The position numbers and the translations under genes are program-made. DNA of 64,000 nucleotides from an uncultured delta proteobacterium (GTDB taxonomy: Bacteria > Desulfobacterota > Binatia > Binatales > Binataceae). The notes under the pieces were generated by a model. The model had not been told where the DNA came from, made no database searches, and saw nothing but the letters and a program-made list of their open reading frames with translations. Positions 34,343-42,707 of this stretch are shown piece after piece (the stretch's first letter is position 1; every line of letters starts with the position of its first letter). The DNA lies in contig CAWJET010000001.1 in assembly GCA_963842085.1 (NCBI GenBank), positions 1,152,001 to 1,216,000 on the forward strand, given 5' to 3'.

Positions 34343-34446
34343 TTCTCACTCCCGCGAATCCATACCGATCGTTCAAATTGACAGGCCCGCCGCCGCGCGT
34401 GCTATACGGGGTTTTCCACGCAACCTGTCCTGCGGGAGAGATTATC

Positions 34447-35373
34447 ATGGCGGATAAGCTTACGCCTTCGGACGTGAAAGGATTGTTCGAGAAGCTCAGC
34501 AATTGGGGGCGCTGGGGTAAGGATGACCAGCGCGGCGCCCTGAACTTTATCACCAATCAAAAACGGGCGGCCGCAGCGCGCCTGGTGCAAACCGGCGAGA
34601 GCGTATCGATGGCGCTGCCGCTCGCCACGATCCCCGCGCCCGACAACCCTTTGCCGGTCACTCACCTGATGGTGCAAGCGGGCCACGACTCGCAGGAGCA
34701 GGCTCTGCCCCATGTCGGCGACTATTTCGCGATCGCGCCGCATGGTTATTCCAATACTCACCTCGACGCTCTTTGCCACGTGTTCTGGCAAAACAAAATG
34801 TATAACGGCTTCGACGCAAGCGAAGTCGGCTCGCATGGCGCAAAAAAGTGCGCGATCGACGTGACCCGCGCGGGCATCGTCAGTCGCGGCGTCCTGCTGG
34901 ATATTCCACGCCTCAAAAAAATCGAATGGATGGAACCGGGCGAAAAGATCCTGCCTGAAGATCTCGACGCCGCCGAGAAAGCGCAGCACGTTCACGTCGA
35001 AGAAGGCGACGTGCTGATGATTCGCACGGGCCGCGCGGCGATGCGCAAGGTCAAAGGCGGATGGGATCCTTACAGGGTCGGACTGCCCGGCCTCGACGCC
35101 GCCTGCCTGCCATGGCTCCACGAGCGGCGCGTAGCAGTTCTCGGCAGCGACGCGGTCAGCGACGTGTTCCCGAGCGGTTACGACGGGGTCCCGCTGCCGA
35201 TTCACGTCGGCACGCTGGTCGCGATGGGCATCCACCTGATCGACAACGCCGACCTCGACGCGGTCTCGTCAGCCTGCGCCGGACTCGGGCGCAACGAGTT
35301 CATGTTCTCGATGGCGCCGCTGATCCTCGAGCGCGGCACCGCGTCGCCGGTCAATCCACTCGCGATCTTTTGA
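34447..35373 (+). CDS. cyclase family metal-dependent hydrolase (kynurenine formamidase-like)
   Basis: SNWGRWG..DQRGALN, HGYSNTHLDALCH, RGVLLD and GTASPVNP motifs. Confidence 0.88.
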   Translation: MADKLTPSDVKGLFEKLSNWGRWGKDDQRGALNFITNQKRAAAARLVQTGESVSMALPLATIPAPDNPLPVTHLMVQAGHDSQEQALPHVGDYFAIAPHGYSNTHLDALCHVFWQNKMYNGFDASEVGSHGAKKCAIDVTRAGIVSRGVLLDIPRLKKIEWMEPGEKILPEDLDAAEKAQHVHVEEGDVLMIRTGRAAMRKVKGGWDPYRVGLPGLDAACLPWLHERRVAVLGSDAVSDVFPSGYDGVPLPIHVGTLVAMGIHLIDNADLDAVSSACAGLGRNEFMFSMAPLILERGTASPVNPLAIF

Positions 35374-35411
35374 TTAGTCAGTGACTACTGGCTACTGCGG
35401 GAGTTGATACT

Positions 35412-36611
35412 ATGAAGACCGAAGATTTGGTTATTGATTGCGACGGACATATCCTCGAACCGCCCGATCTCTGGGAGAAGTATATCGACCCCAGGTATCG
35501 GGAGCGCGCGATGCGCATCCGCGTCGGCGACGACGGCTTCGAGTATCTCGAGATCGATCGCAAACACGCCCAGATGACCCGGCCCGGCCTGCTCGGCTCG
35601 CTCGGCGGGATGGGCAAGAAGGTCGAGGACGCCAGGAAGTTGCGTGAGACCGCGACGCGCGGCGAGGTCAAGCCCGAGCAGGTGCGGATGCTCGCGCCGA
35701 AACCCGAGGACACTTACCTGAAGGGCGCGGCCTTCGGCACCATGGTCATGAAGGAACGGCTCGAGCTGCTCAACCGGGAAGGGATGGCGAAAACGATTCT
35801 CTATCCGACGATCGGGCTGCTCTGGGAAGCCGAACTCTTCGACGCCGAGCTCTCGGCCGCATACTGCCGCGCCTACAACCGCTGGATCGCGGACTTCTGC
35901 CGCGACTCGGGCGGACGCTTGATCCCGATTGCGCATCTTTCGCTCGGCGACCCCGCCGAAGCCGCACGCGAGCTCGAGCGCGCGGTGAAGGACGGATGCA
36001 AGGGCGCATTTGTCTGCCCCTTCACCATCACCCGCGTTCCCCACGGCGACCCGCGTCACGACGCCGTCTTCGCCGCGGCGCAGGCGCTCGGCGTCCCGCT
36101 CGCGATTCATCCGACCTTCGAGCCCCCGAGCTTCGGCATCCACCACCGCTACGACAACTTCGGCTGGGCCGCGTGGTATTTCGATCTGTTCGCCGGCCAG
36201 GGCGTACAGCACGCGTTCGGCACGTTCTTCCAGTTGGGCGTATTCGACCGCTTCCCGAAATTGCGCGTTGTAGTGCTCGAGTCGCAGGCGGGATGGATCG
36301 GCTATTTCCTCGATCGCGGCGACGCCATCTTCAACGGCACTACGCTCGGCGCGACGGTCCGGCTCAAAGAGAAGCCGTCGTACTACTTCAAACGCCAGTG
36401 CTACATCTCGGCGGATCCGGACGAACGTACGATCGCGGCGATGATGGAGATTGTCGGCGAGGACAAGTTTTTCTGGGCGACCGACTATCCGCATCCCGAT
36501 CACCCCGGAAATTATCTCGAGGAACTGAAGGGGATGATCGCGCCGATGAAGGAGTCCGGACGCCGCGCGATCCTCGGCGAAAACGTCGCGCGCGCTTACC
36601 AACTCAACTGA
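35412..36611 (+). CDS. amidohydrolase family 2 protein
   Basis: IDCDGHILEP, RAYNRW, IHP and WATDYPHPD motifs. Confidence 0.9.
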   Translation: MKTEDLVIDCDGHILEPPDLWEKYIDPRYRERAMRIRVGDDGFEYLEIDRKHAQMTRPGLLGSLGGMGKKVEDARKLRETATRGEVKPEQVRMLAPKPEDTYLKGAAFGTMVMKERLELLNREGMAKTILYPTIGLLWEAELFDAELSAAYCRAYNRWIADFCRDSGGRLIPIAHLSLGDPAEAARELERAVKDGCKGAFVCPFTITRVPHGDPRHDAVFAAAQALGVPLAIHPTFEPPSFGIHHRYDNFGWAAWYFDLFAGQGVQHAFGTFFQLGVFDRFPKLRVVVLESQAGWIGYFLDRGDAIFNGTTLGATVRLKEKPSYYFKRQCYISADPDERTIAAMMEIVGEDKFFWATDYPHPDHPGNYLEELKGMIAPMKESGRRAILGENVARAYQLN

Positions 36612-36640
36612 CAGACGCGGGGCTGCGCGCTCCGCACCCG

Positions 36641-36668
36641 CGGCAGGGGTGACCCCTGCACCCAGTGA
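36641..36668 (+). repeat. REP-like palindrome GCAGGGGTGACCCCTGC, copy 1 of 3
   Basis: Near-identical to the reverse complement of 40677-40705 and to 45567-45588. Confidence 0.75.
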
Positions 36669-36739
36669 TAACGATACGGCTCTGCTGTGCTGCGCCGCAG
36701 CTCAGTCTATACTCGACCATCCATCCGCTGGAGGAATCT

Positions 36740-37288
36740 ATGCCCCGTCCGAGGCTCCACCGCCGCTCACTGACTTCACCCGCCGCCGTTGTATCGCTGG
36801 CGATGCTGCTCGCGTGCGTGACTTCCTCCTGCAACTCGCAGTCGTTCCAACCGTCTTCGGGACCATCGATGCCCGTGCCTCCGCCCGCTCCGGTGCAGCC
36901 GCCCCCGCCGCCGATGAACGTCGCGCGGCTGCTCAATGGAAACTGGATGGCGACCTATCCGGGCGGTCCGCTGCGCGTGGTGATCGGTCTCGACCCGATG
37001 CTGCGTGGGCGCAACTACGTCGCGACCCTGGTTGACGGCAACAAGAATATCCCGCCGGGCCAGACCGTGTGGAAGGGAACACTCGATCAAAACGTGCCGG
37101 GTATCGTGCAGGCCGACCAGATTTGCGCCGAGCATGGATTCCTGCAGGCGCGATGGGTGAAAGCGCGAATAATCGTCAGCGACGCGAGCAACTTCCGCGT
37201 AGAACTCGTCAATCCAAATGATTGCGCCGGATTCCCGGTAAAGTTCACCCGCGTCGGACCCGCACCGACGGCACCGGTCAAGGATTGA
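36740..37288 (+). CDS. hypothetical exported protein or lipoprotein with Pro-rich linker
   Basis: GGAGG RBS, hydrophobic N-terminus ending in Cys, PPPAPVQPPPPP linker, then a globular domain. Confidence 0.65.
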   Translation: MPRPRLHRRSLTSPAAVVSLAMLLACVTSSCNSQSFQPSSGPSMPVPPPAPVQPPPPPMNVARLLNGNWMATYPGGPLRVVIGLDPMLRGRNYVATLVDGNKNIPPGQTVWKGTLDQNVPGIVQADQICAEHGFLQARWVKARIIVSDASNFRVELVNPNDCAGFPVKFTRVGPAPTAPVKD

Positions 37289-37292
37289 GACG

Positions 37293-37440
37293 GTCATTCT
37301 GAAGCCGCAACGCGGCGTTGAATCCCGGTCGTCTGTCATCCCGACGCCGCGACCACGCACGTCGTCATTCTGACGACCCGAGCAACGCGCTTCCTCAGTC
37401 ATTCTGACGACCCGAGCAACGCGAGGGGAGGAAGAACCTC
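37293..37440 (+). repeat. cluster of four GTCATTCTGA-type REP-like units
   Basis: GTCAT(T/C)C(T/C)GA starts at 37293, 37335, 37364 and 37398; exact 26-nt duplication at 37364-37389 and 37398-37423. Confidence 0.75.
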
Positions 37441-37514
37441 GGACAGCTTCGCGCCACGCGAAGCCGGTACCGGTCTCTTAAATCGCGCGCTGCGCGCGCT
37501 CCGCTGCCGCGCAA

Positions 37515-38708
37515 CTATACGAGCATCCCGGCCTGCACCACGGTCGGACCGTCGCTCTTGGGGATTTTCGGCTCGGGCTTGCGCTTCATCGCCTTCTCGA
37601 GAATCGGTGCGATTTGCTCGGCCTTCTGCCGCGCGCGCTTCTGTTCGCGCTCCTTGAACTCGGGCATCACCTTCTCCGCGAACAGGTTGAGCGACGAGCA
37701 GATGTCCTCGTGCTTGTTGTTGCCCGCCTGCGAGATGAACACGACCTGGTCGACGCCGGCTTCCTCAAACTCGCGCAGCCGCGTGCGAATCTGGTCCGGC
37801 GATCCGACGCACGAGTTCGAGCCGTCCATCCCCGGCAGACTGATCGGGCTGGTTTTGAAATTGTTCCAGATGTTGGTCTTGCCTGGCTCATGCCGCCCGA
37901 ACGCATAATGATGGCCCAGCGCGTACGAAAAAAACTTGAGCCCCTCTTCGCCCATCTTGTGCGCCAGCTCCGCGTCGTTGTCGCACATGAAGCCGGTGAC
38001 GATCGCGATGTTCGCGTTGATCGCGTATCCGATCGGCTCGCACTCATTCTCGAGCGTCGTGTAGTAGTCGTTGACCCATTGCCGCGCCTCTTCCGGCGAC
38101 ACGAACGCGAACGTCAACGCGCCGATTCCCAGCTTGGCCGCCAGGTGAATCGTCTCGCGCCGCGAGCACGCCACCCACAGCGGCGGATGCGGTTTCTGCA
38201 CCGGCTTCGGCACCACGTTGCGCACCGGCATCTTGAAGTACTTGCCCTCATGCCCGAGAAACGGTTCCTCGACGAACATCCGCGCGATCGCGCCCAGCGA
38301 CTTCTGCCACATCTCGCGCTTGTCCGCGCGTGGGATGAGAAAGCCGCCGAGCTCGAGCTCGGCCGACGATTCGCCCGTGCCGAACTCGACGCGCCCGCCG
38401 CTCACCAGGTCAAGCGTCGCGATCCGCTCCGCCACGCGCGCCGGATGATTGTAGGCCGGCGGCAGCAGCACGATGCCGTGACCGAGCCGAATCTGCTTGG
38501 TCCGCTGGCTCGCAGCCGCCAGAAAAATCTCGGGCGCGGACGAATGCGCGTACTCCTCGAGAAAGTGATGCTCCACTTCCCACATATGATCGATGCCGAG
38601 CTTGTCCGCGAGTTCGACCTGGTCGAGCGCGTCCTGGAACAGCTTCAGCTCCGCACCCTCCTTCCATGGCCGTGGCAGCTGATGCTCATAAAAAGTTCCC
38701 AACTTCAT
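37515..38708 (-). CDS. LLM-class (luciferase-like) flavin-dependent oxidoreductase
   Basis: WEVEHHF, IRLGHG, HPARVAERIATLD and PKPVQKPHPP motifs. Confidence 0.92.
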   Translation of the reverse strand: MKLGTFYEHQLPRPWKEGAELKLFQDALDQVELADKLGIDHMWEVEHHFLEEYAHSSAPEIFLAAASQRTKQIRLGHGIVLLPPAYNHPARVAERIATLDLVSGGRVEFGTGESSAELELGGFLIPRADKREMWQKSLGAIARMFVEEPFLGHEGKYFKMPVRNVVPKPVQKPHPPLWVACSRRETIHLAAKLGIGALTFAFVSPEEARQWVNDYYTTLENECEPIGYAINANIAIVTGFMCDNDAELAHKMGEEGLKFFSYALGHHYAFGRHEPGKTNIWNNFKTSPISLPGMDGSNSCVGSPDQIRTRLREFEEAGVDQVVFISQAGNNKHEDICSSLNLFAEKVMPEFKEREQKRARQKAEQIAPILEKAMKRKPEPKIPKSDGPTVVQAGMLV

Positions 38709-38780
38709 AAACGCAATTCTCTCCTTGTTTTCAAAAACTTTGGATAATCCGGCTCGCCCTTCTTCCCTCTGTATCCTTGT

Positions 38781-38807
38781 GTCATTCAGAGCGAAGCGAA
38801 GAATCCC
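38781..38807 (+). repeat. REP-like unit GTCATTCAGAGCGAAGCGAAGAATCCC
   Basis: Shares the GTCATTC..GA head and GAA(T/C)C tail with the 37.3-kb cluster. Confidence 0.6.
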
Positions 38808-38843
38808 GATCCTTTCTTCTTCTCGCCCAGAAGTTTTCAGGAT

Positions 38844-39536
38844 CTATTGGCGCAAGGCTGTCGGCGTTTCCGTATCCGCCGTGAACAGCGTGCGCTCGAC
38901 CATGTCGATCACTTCGCGCTTGCGCCGCTCGATCATCGCCGGCTCGAGCAGGTTCATGCTCCACAGCCGCCGGACCATCGCCGCCGTCGTAAAGTAGCCG
39001 ATCGTGATCGAGTTCAGGCTCCACATGAAATGCAGCGGATCGACTTCGGTGCGGAACTCGCCGTCGCGCTGTCCGCGGAAAATAAAATTCACCGCGATCG
39101 AAAACAGCGGCGGCAGGCGCCGTTTGAGCACCTGCCGGCCGACGCCGCTTTCGTCGGCCATCTCCTTCCACATGATTCGCACGAAATCCGGGTGGCTCGC
39201 GATAAAATCGATCGCGTCCGCGACCGCCTTTCGCATCCGCTCCTGCGGCCTTTCGCGCCCCCACGCGATCGCGTTGGCCGCGTCCTCCTGGCTCTCGAAC
39301 ATCTTGTCGAGCACCGCGAGGTAGAGCTGCTGCTTGGACGGGAAATGATGTAACAGCGACGGCGCCTTGATCCCGATTCTCTTTGCGATGTCGCGCAGAC
39401 TGGTGCCGCGGTACCCGCGCTCGGCGAACAGCGCCCGCGCCACCTGCAGCACCCGATCGCGCGTATCGGCAGGCCGCCGCAGATCGACGACCTTCGCACC
39501 GGCACGCACACCTGAATTTTTCGAAATACTTCTCAC
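38844..39536 (-). CDS. TetR/AcrR family transcriptional regulator
   Basis: ARALFAERGYRGTSLRDIAKRIGIKAPSLLHHFPSK HTH; start position uncertain. Confidence 0.92.
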   Translation of the reverse strand: MRSISKNSGVRAGAKVVDLRRPADTRDRVLQVARALFAERGYRGTSLRDIAKRIGIKAPSLLHHFPSKQQLYLAVLDKMFESQEDAANAIAWGRERPQERMRKAVADAIDFIASHPDFVRIMWKEMADESGVGRQVLKRRLPPLFSIAVNFIFRGQRDGEFRTEVDPLHFMWSLNSITIGYFTTAAMVRRLWSMNLLEPAMIERRKREVIDMVERTLFTADTETPTALRQ

Positions 39537-39549
39537 AGACTCGCCAAAA

Positions 39550-39578
39550 AAACTATCTAACGTCCGTTAGGGTGTCAA
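39550..39578 (-). promoter_or_regulatory. sigma70 promoter with a palindromic (likely TetR) operator in the spacer
   Basis: TTGACA-17 nt-TAGTTT; the spacer contains the CTAACG-GA-CGTTAG palindrome (39557-39570). Confidence 0.75.
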
Positions 39579-39579
39579 A

Positions 39580-39849
39580 TTACGCACTTTTGAGCAGGTC
39601 TTCCCGCACCGCCTTCACTTCCTTGCGCACTGCTTGCCGCACCACAGTTTCGAGCCGGGCGCCCCTAATGTATTCGCGCAACGCATCATTGATTAGGGTC
39701 TGATAGTTGCCGCCGCCGGCGCGATCCACTTTCTCAAGGAAATGCTCGATGATCTCATTATCCAAACGTATCGTGACTCGGGTCTTCCCCGGTGTCGGCG
39801 GTACTACCGGGCCTCGGCAAGCCTTGCGGAAATCGTATTCTTTCTTCAT
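39580..39849 (-). CDS. brnA: BrnA-family antitoxin
   Basis: MKKEYDF, KTRVTIRLD and YQTLINDALREY motifs. Confidence 0.88.
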   Translation of the reverse strand: MKKEYDFRKACRGPVVPPTPGKTRVTIRLDNEIIEHFLEKVDRAGGGNYQTLINDALREYIRGARLETVVRQAVRKEVKAVREDLLKSA

Positions 39850-40117
39850 CTATTTCTTCTCTCGTACTCAGCCCGCTCATTTCGCGTGGCCTTGCGGGCG
39901 GAAATGATTCTGATCCGATCGGCGCGATTGGTGTAAACAACGACGAGGACTCTTCCGAGGGAGCTTAAACCGAGCGCGACAAATCGTTCTTCGTCCGGCT
40001 CGTCGTCCGGCATCATCAGCATCGCTTTGTCTTCGAACACGGTCACCGCTTCGGCGAAGCGTACCCGATGCTTTCGCAGGTTGCTCGTGCCTTGTTCGGA
40101 TCCCACTCAAATTGCAC
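39846..40117 (-). pseudogene. brnT: BrnT-family toxin, frameshifted (1-nt deletion near 40086)
   Basis: GTG at 40117 with RBS gives VQFEWDPNKAR. The rest (SNLRKH..F.EA..VF...EERF...RIISARKA) is in another frame. The span of 272 nt is 3n-1. Confidence 0.8.
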
Positions 40118-40676
40118 CACCTCCCCCTTGTGCATATTTGTACACGAATGACGGATCGGCGTCCACCAACGCCGGCTTAGCCCTTATCGTCCACAATCTG
40201 CTATCATGAGCGCAGTGAACCACACCACCTGTGAACAGCCATCCCTGCCCAAAATAACGCCCGCGCCCCAGTCGCCCCAGCCGTGACCACTGCGCCGGCC
40301 GACGCCCGCTTTCGAAATCTAAAATTTGACGGAACGAACCCACCGATAGTGGTCCGCCATCCTTGCGCCCCAATAGGTAGTATGAAGTGCCTCCTGTCGA
40401 CGCTTTCCTGGTTCCGCAAAGCATCCTCAGCTCGCGCAAATGGAACACGAAGCCCCATCGCCGGACAGCTCGCCGACACCCTTTTGCACTCCGAGCACCA
40501 GCATCGATCGGCCTTCACCAGGCACCCCAGCTCTCCGTCACCGCTTCGCTTTCTAACTGCGACCCCATCGTAGTAAGTTTTGTCCGAAGGAACAGGGTAG
40601 AAATTCACGGAAGCGCGGCTCCTCTCATAAACCCTTCGCGAAAGCCGCGCTTCGCGGATTTCGCGTCTTTCACTTT

Positions 40677-40705
40677 TCACTGGGTGCAGGGGTCACCCCC
40701 TGCCG
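40677..40705 (-). repeat. REP-like palindrome, copy 2 of 3
   Basis: Reverse complement is CGGCAGGGGGTGACCCCTGCACCCAGTGA, one extra G relative to copy 1. Confidence 0.75.
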
Positions 40706-40723
40706 CCCACCGCGCAGGTGATT

Positions 40724-42142
40724 ATGTCCGCCATGAACGAACTGTATTGGAAGCCGGCGTATGAACTCGCCGCGATGATTCGCAAGCGCGAACTCAAGCC
40801 CAGCGAATTGATGTACGTGACCATCCGGCGAATCGAGCAGACCAACCCCAAGCTCAACGCCTTTGTTGCGCTGCGCGCCGACGCCGCGATGGCTGAGGCG
40901 CGCGCGCTCGACGAGAAGATCGCGCACGGCGAGAAGGTCGGCGCGCTCGCCGGATTGCCGCTCGGGGTCAAAGACCTCGAGGACACCGTCGGTCTCGTGA
41001 ACAGCCATGGGTCGAAGCCGTTCAAGGACAACGTGTCCACGACGGATTCGATCCAGGTGGCACGGCTCAAAACTGCTGGAGCCATAGTTATTGGAAAAAC
41101 CAACGCGCCCGAGTTCGGATACACCGCGTTCACCAAGAACCTGCTGTTCGGCCTCACCCGCAATCCGTGGAACCTCGAGCGCACGCCCGGCGGCTCGTCA
41201 GGCGGCACTTCGGCTGCGATCGCGGCCGGCGTCGTGCCGATTTCGACCGGCTCCGACGGGGGAGGCTCGGTCCGAATCCCGGCGTGTTACACGGGATGCT
41301 ACGGGTTGAAGCCGACCTACGGCAGGATTCCGAACGACCCGACGCTCGGGATGCAGCAATGGAACGACACCTCCGTGCATGGCCCGATCACGCGCACCGT
41401 GCGCGACGCCGCGCTCTTTATGGACGCGGTCGTCGGCTATCACCCGGCCGATCCTGACTCGCTGCCCCATCCGGGAATTTCTTACAGCACGATCCTCGAG
41501 CGCATCCCGAACAAACTTCGCATCGCGTTTCATCCCGACTTCGGCCACCTCGTGCAGACCGACGTGGCGCGCGAAATCGCAAAAGCCGCCGCCGTGTTCA
41601 AGGACCTCGGCCACGACCTGACGACGATCGACGATCCCGTGCCCGACACCGGGCGCGCGTGGATGCAGGTCGGCGCGGGACAGGGGTACGCGATGCTGCA
41701 CGAATGGCTCGACAAATATCGCGGCGAGTTCGGCCGCGCGTTCGCCACCGGCACCGAAGCCGCGGTTCGCGTAACGTGGAAGCACATGGGCGAGGCGTAT
41801 CGCCGCCGTCGCGAGTTCAACGACTGGTGCCAGCGCGTGTTCGAGCGCTTCGACCTGCTGCTATGCCCGGTGTTGCCGACCGAGGCGTTTCCCGCCAAGG
41901 GTCCGATGCCGACCGAGATCAACGGCCAGCCGCTCAAACATCCGCTTGACGCCATCGTCTTCACCTATCCGTTCAACATGAGCGGCCATCCCGGCGCGTC
42001 GGCGCGCGCGGGCCTCACCGATTCCGGCCTGCCATGCGGATTGCAAATCGTCGCCGAGCGTCATCGCGAAGACCTCGTCCTGCAAGCGTCGTACGCCTAC
42101 GAGCAAGCGCGCCCGTGGAACAACAAATGGCCCGAGATTTAA
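40724..42142 (+). CDS. amidase signature family protein
   Basis: GVKD, GKTNAPEF, PGGSSGG and GSDGGGSVRIPA Ser-cisSer-Lys motifs. Confidence 0.93.
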   Translation: MSAMNELYWKPAYELAAMIRKRELKPSELMYVTIRRIEQTNPKLNAFVALRADAAMAEARALDEKIAHGEKVGALAGLPLGVKDLEDTVGLVNSHGSKPFKDNVSTTDSIQVARLKTAGAIVIGKTNAPEFGYTAFTKNLLFGLTRNPWNLERTPGGSSGGTSAAIAAGVVPISTGSDGGGSVRIPACYTGCYGLKPTYGRIPNDPTLGMQQWNDTSVHGPITRTVRDAALFMDAVVGYHPADPDSLPHPGISYSTILERIPNKLRIAFHPDFGHLVQTDVAREIAKAAAVFKDLGHDLTTIDDPVPDTGRAWMQVGAGQGYAMLHEWLDKYRGEFGRAFATGTEAAVRVTWKHMGEAYRRRREFNDWCQRVFERFDLLLCPVLPTEAFPAKGPMPTEINGQPLKHPLDAIVFTYPFNMSGHPGASARAGLTDSGLPCGLQIVAERHREDLVLQASYAYEQARPWNNKWPEI

Positions 42143-42146
42143 ATTC

Positions 42147-42707
42147 TCACTTCGCGCCGGTCAGGGTGTTGTGTTCCGCGCGACTTCCAACCCGCGTCGC
42201 CCGCTTTGAGCGGAACTTCGCGAGTGCGACGCCACTGAGCTTGTAGTTTGGCTCGCCGAATTCCTGATCCACTGCGCCGGTTGGCTCGAAGCCGAGACTC
42301 TTGTACAGCGCCGCGGCCTTGGTGTTGGTGCGAAAGCAGGTTAGCTGCACGGCGCGGCATCGCGGATAGCGCGCGGCGATCATTTTGAGCGCCGCGGCCA
42401 TTGCGGCGCGGCCGTAGCCTTTGCCCTGATGCGATGCGTCTATCATGATGTCGTCGATCCAGTAATTCTCCGCACTGTTCGGATCGCACGCGGTCGTCAC
42501 GTAGCCGACAATTTCGTCGCCGGCGCGAATCAGGTGCGGCAGATGCTCGAAGCTGTCGCCGAAGAGCCGCACGTAGCATCGCGCGAGCGTCCACCGTGGC
42601 GGCGTGACGAAGACGGCCTGCTCGGGTCGCAGCTGCATCAGGAACAGCTTGCGGTAGTTGCTCCGATCGACCGGCTCGAGCACAACGTGGAGGTCGGTTC
42701 GCTTCAT
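42147..42707 (-). CDS. GNAT family N-acetyltransferase (SpeG/BltD-like)
   Basis: QLRPEQAVFV, IMIDASHQGKGYG and N..AAALYKSLGF motifs; ATGA overlap with the VWA gene. Confidence 0.88.
   Translation of the reverse strand: MKRTDLHVVLEPVDRSNYRKLFLMQLRPEQAVFVTPPRWTLARCYVRLFGDSFEHLPHLIRAGDEIVGYVTTACDPNSAENYWIDDIMIDASHQGKGYGRAAMAAALKMIAARYPRCRAVQLTCFRTNTKAAALYKSLGFEPTGAVDQEFGEPNYKLSGVALAKFRSKRATRVGSRAEHNTLTGAK

Noticed and set aside
37293-37440. Possible mini CRISPR array
   Set aside because: Unit spacing is irregular (42, 29, 34 nt), the intervening sequence is short or duplicated rather than unique, and there are no cas genes; it fits REP-like repeats better.
40150-40670. About 500 bp with several short ORFs between brnT and the amidase
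   Set aside because: No ORF shows convincing motifs or codon bias; may be a decayed element, but I cannot support a call.
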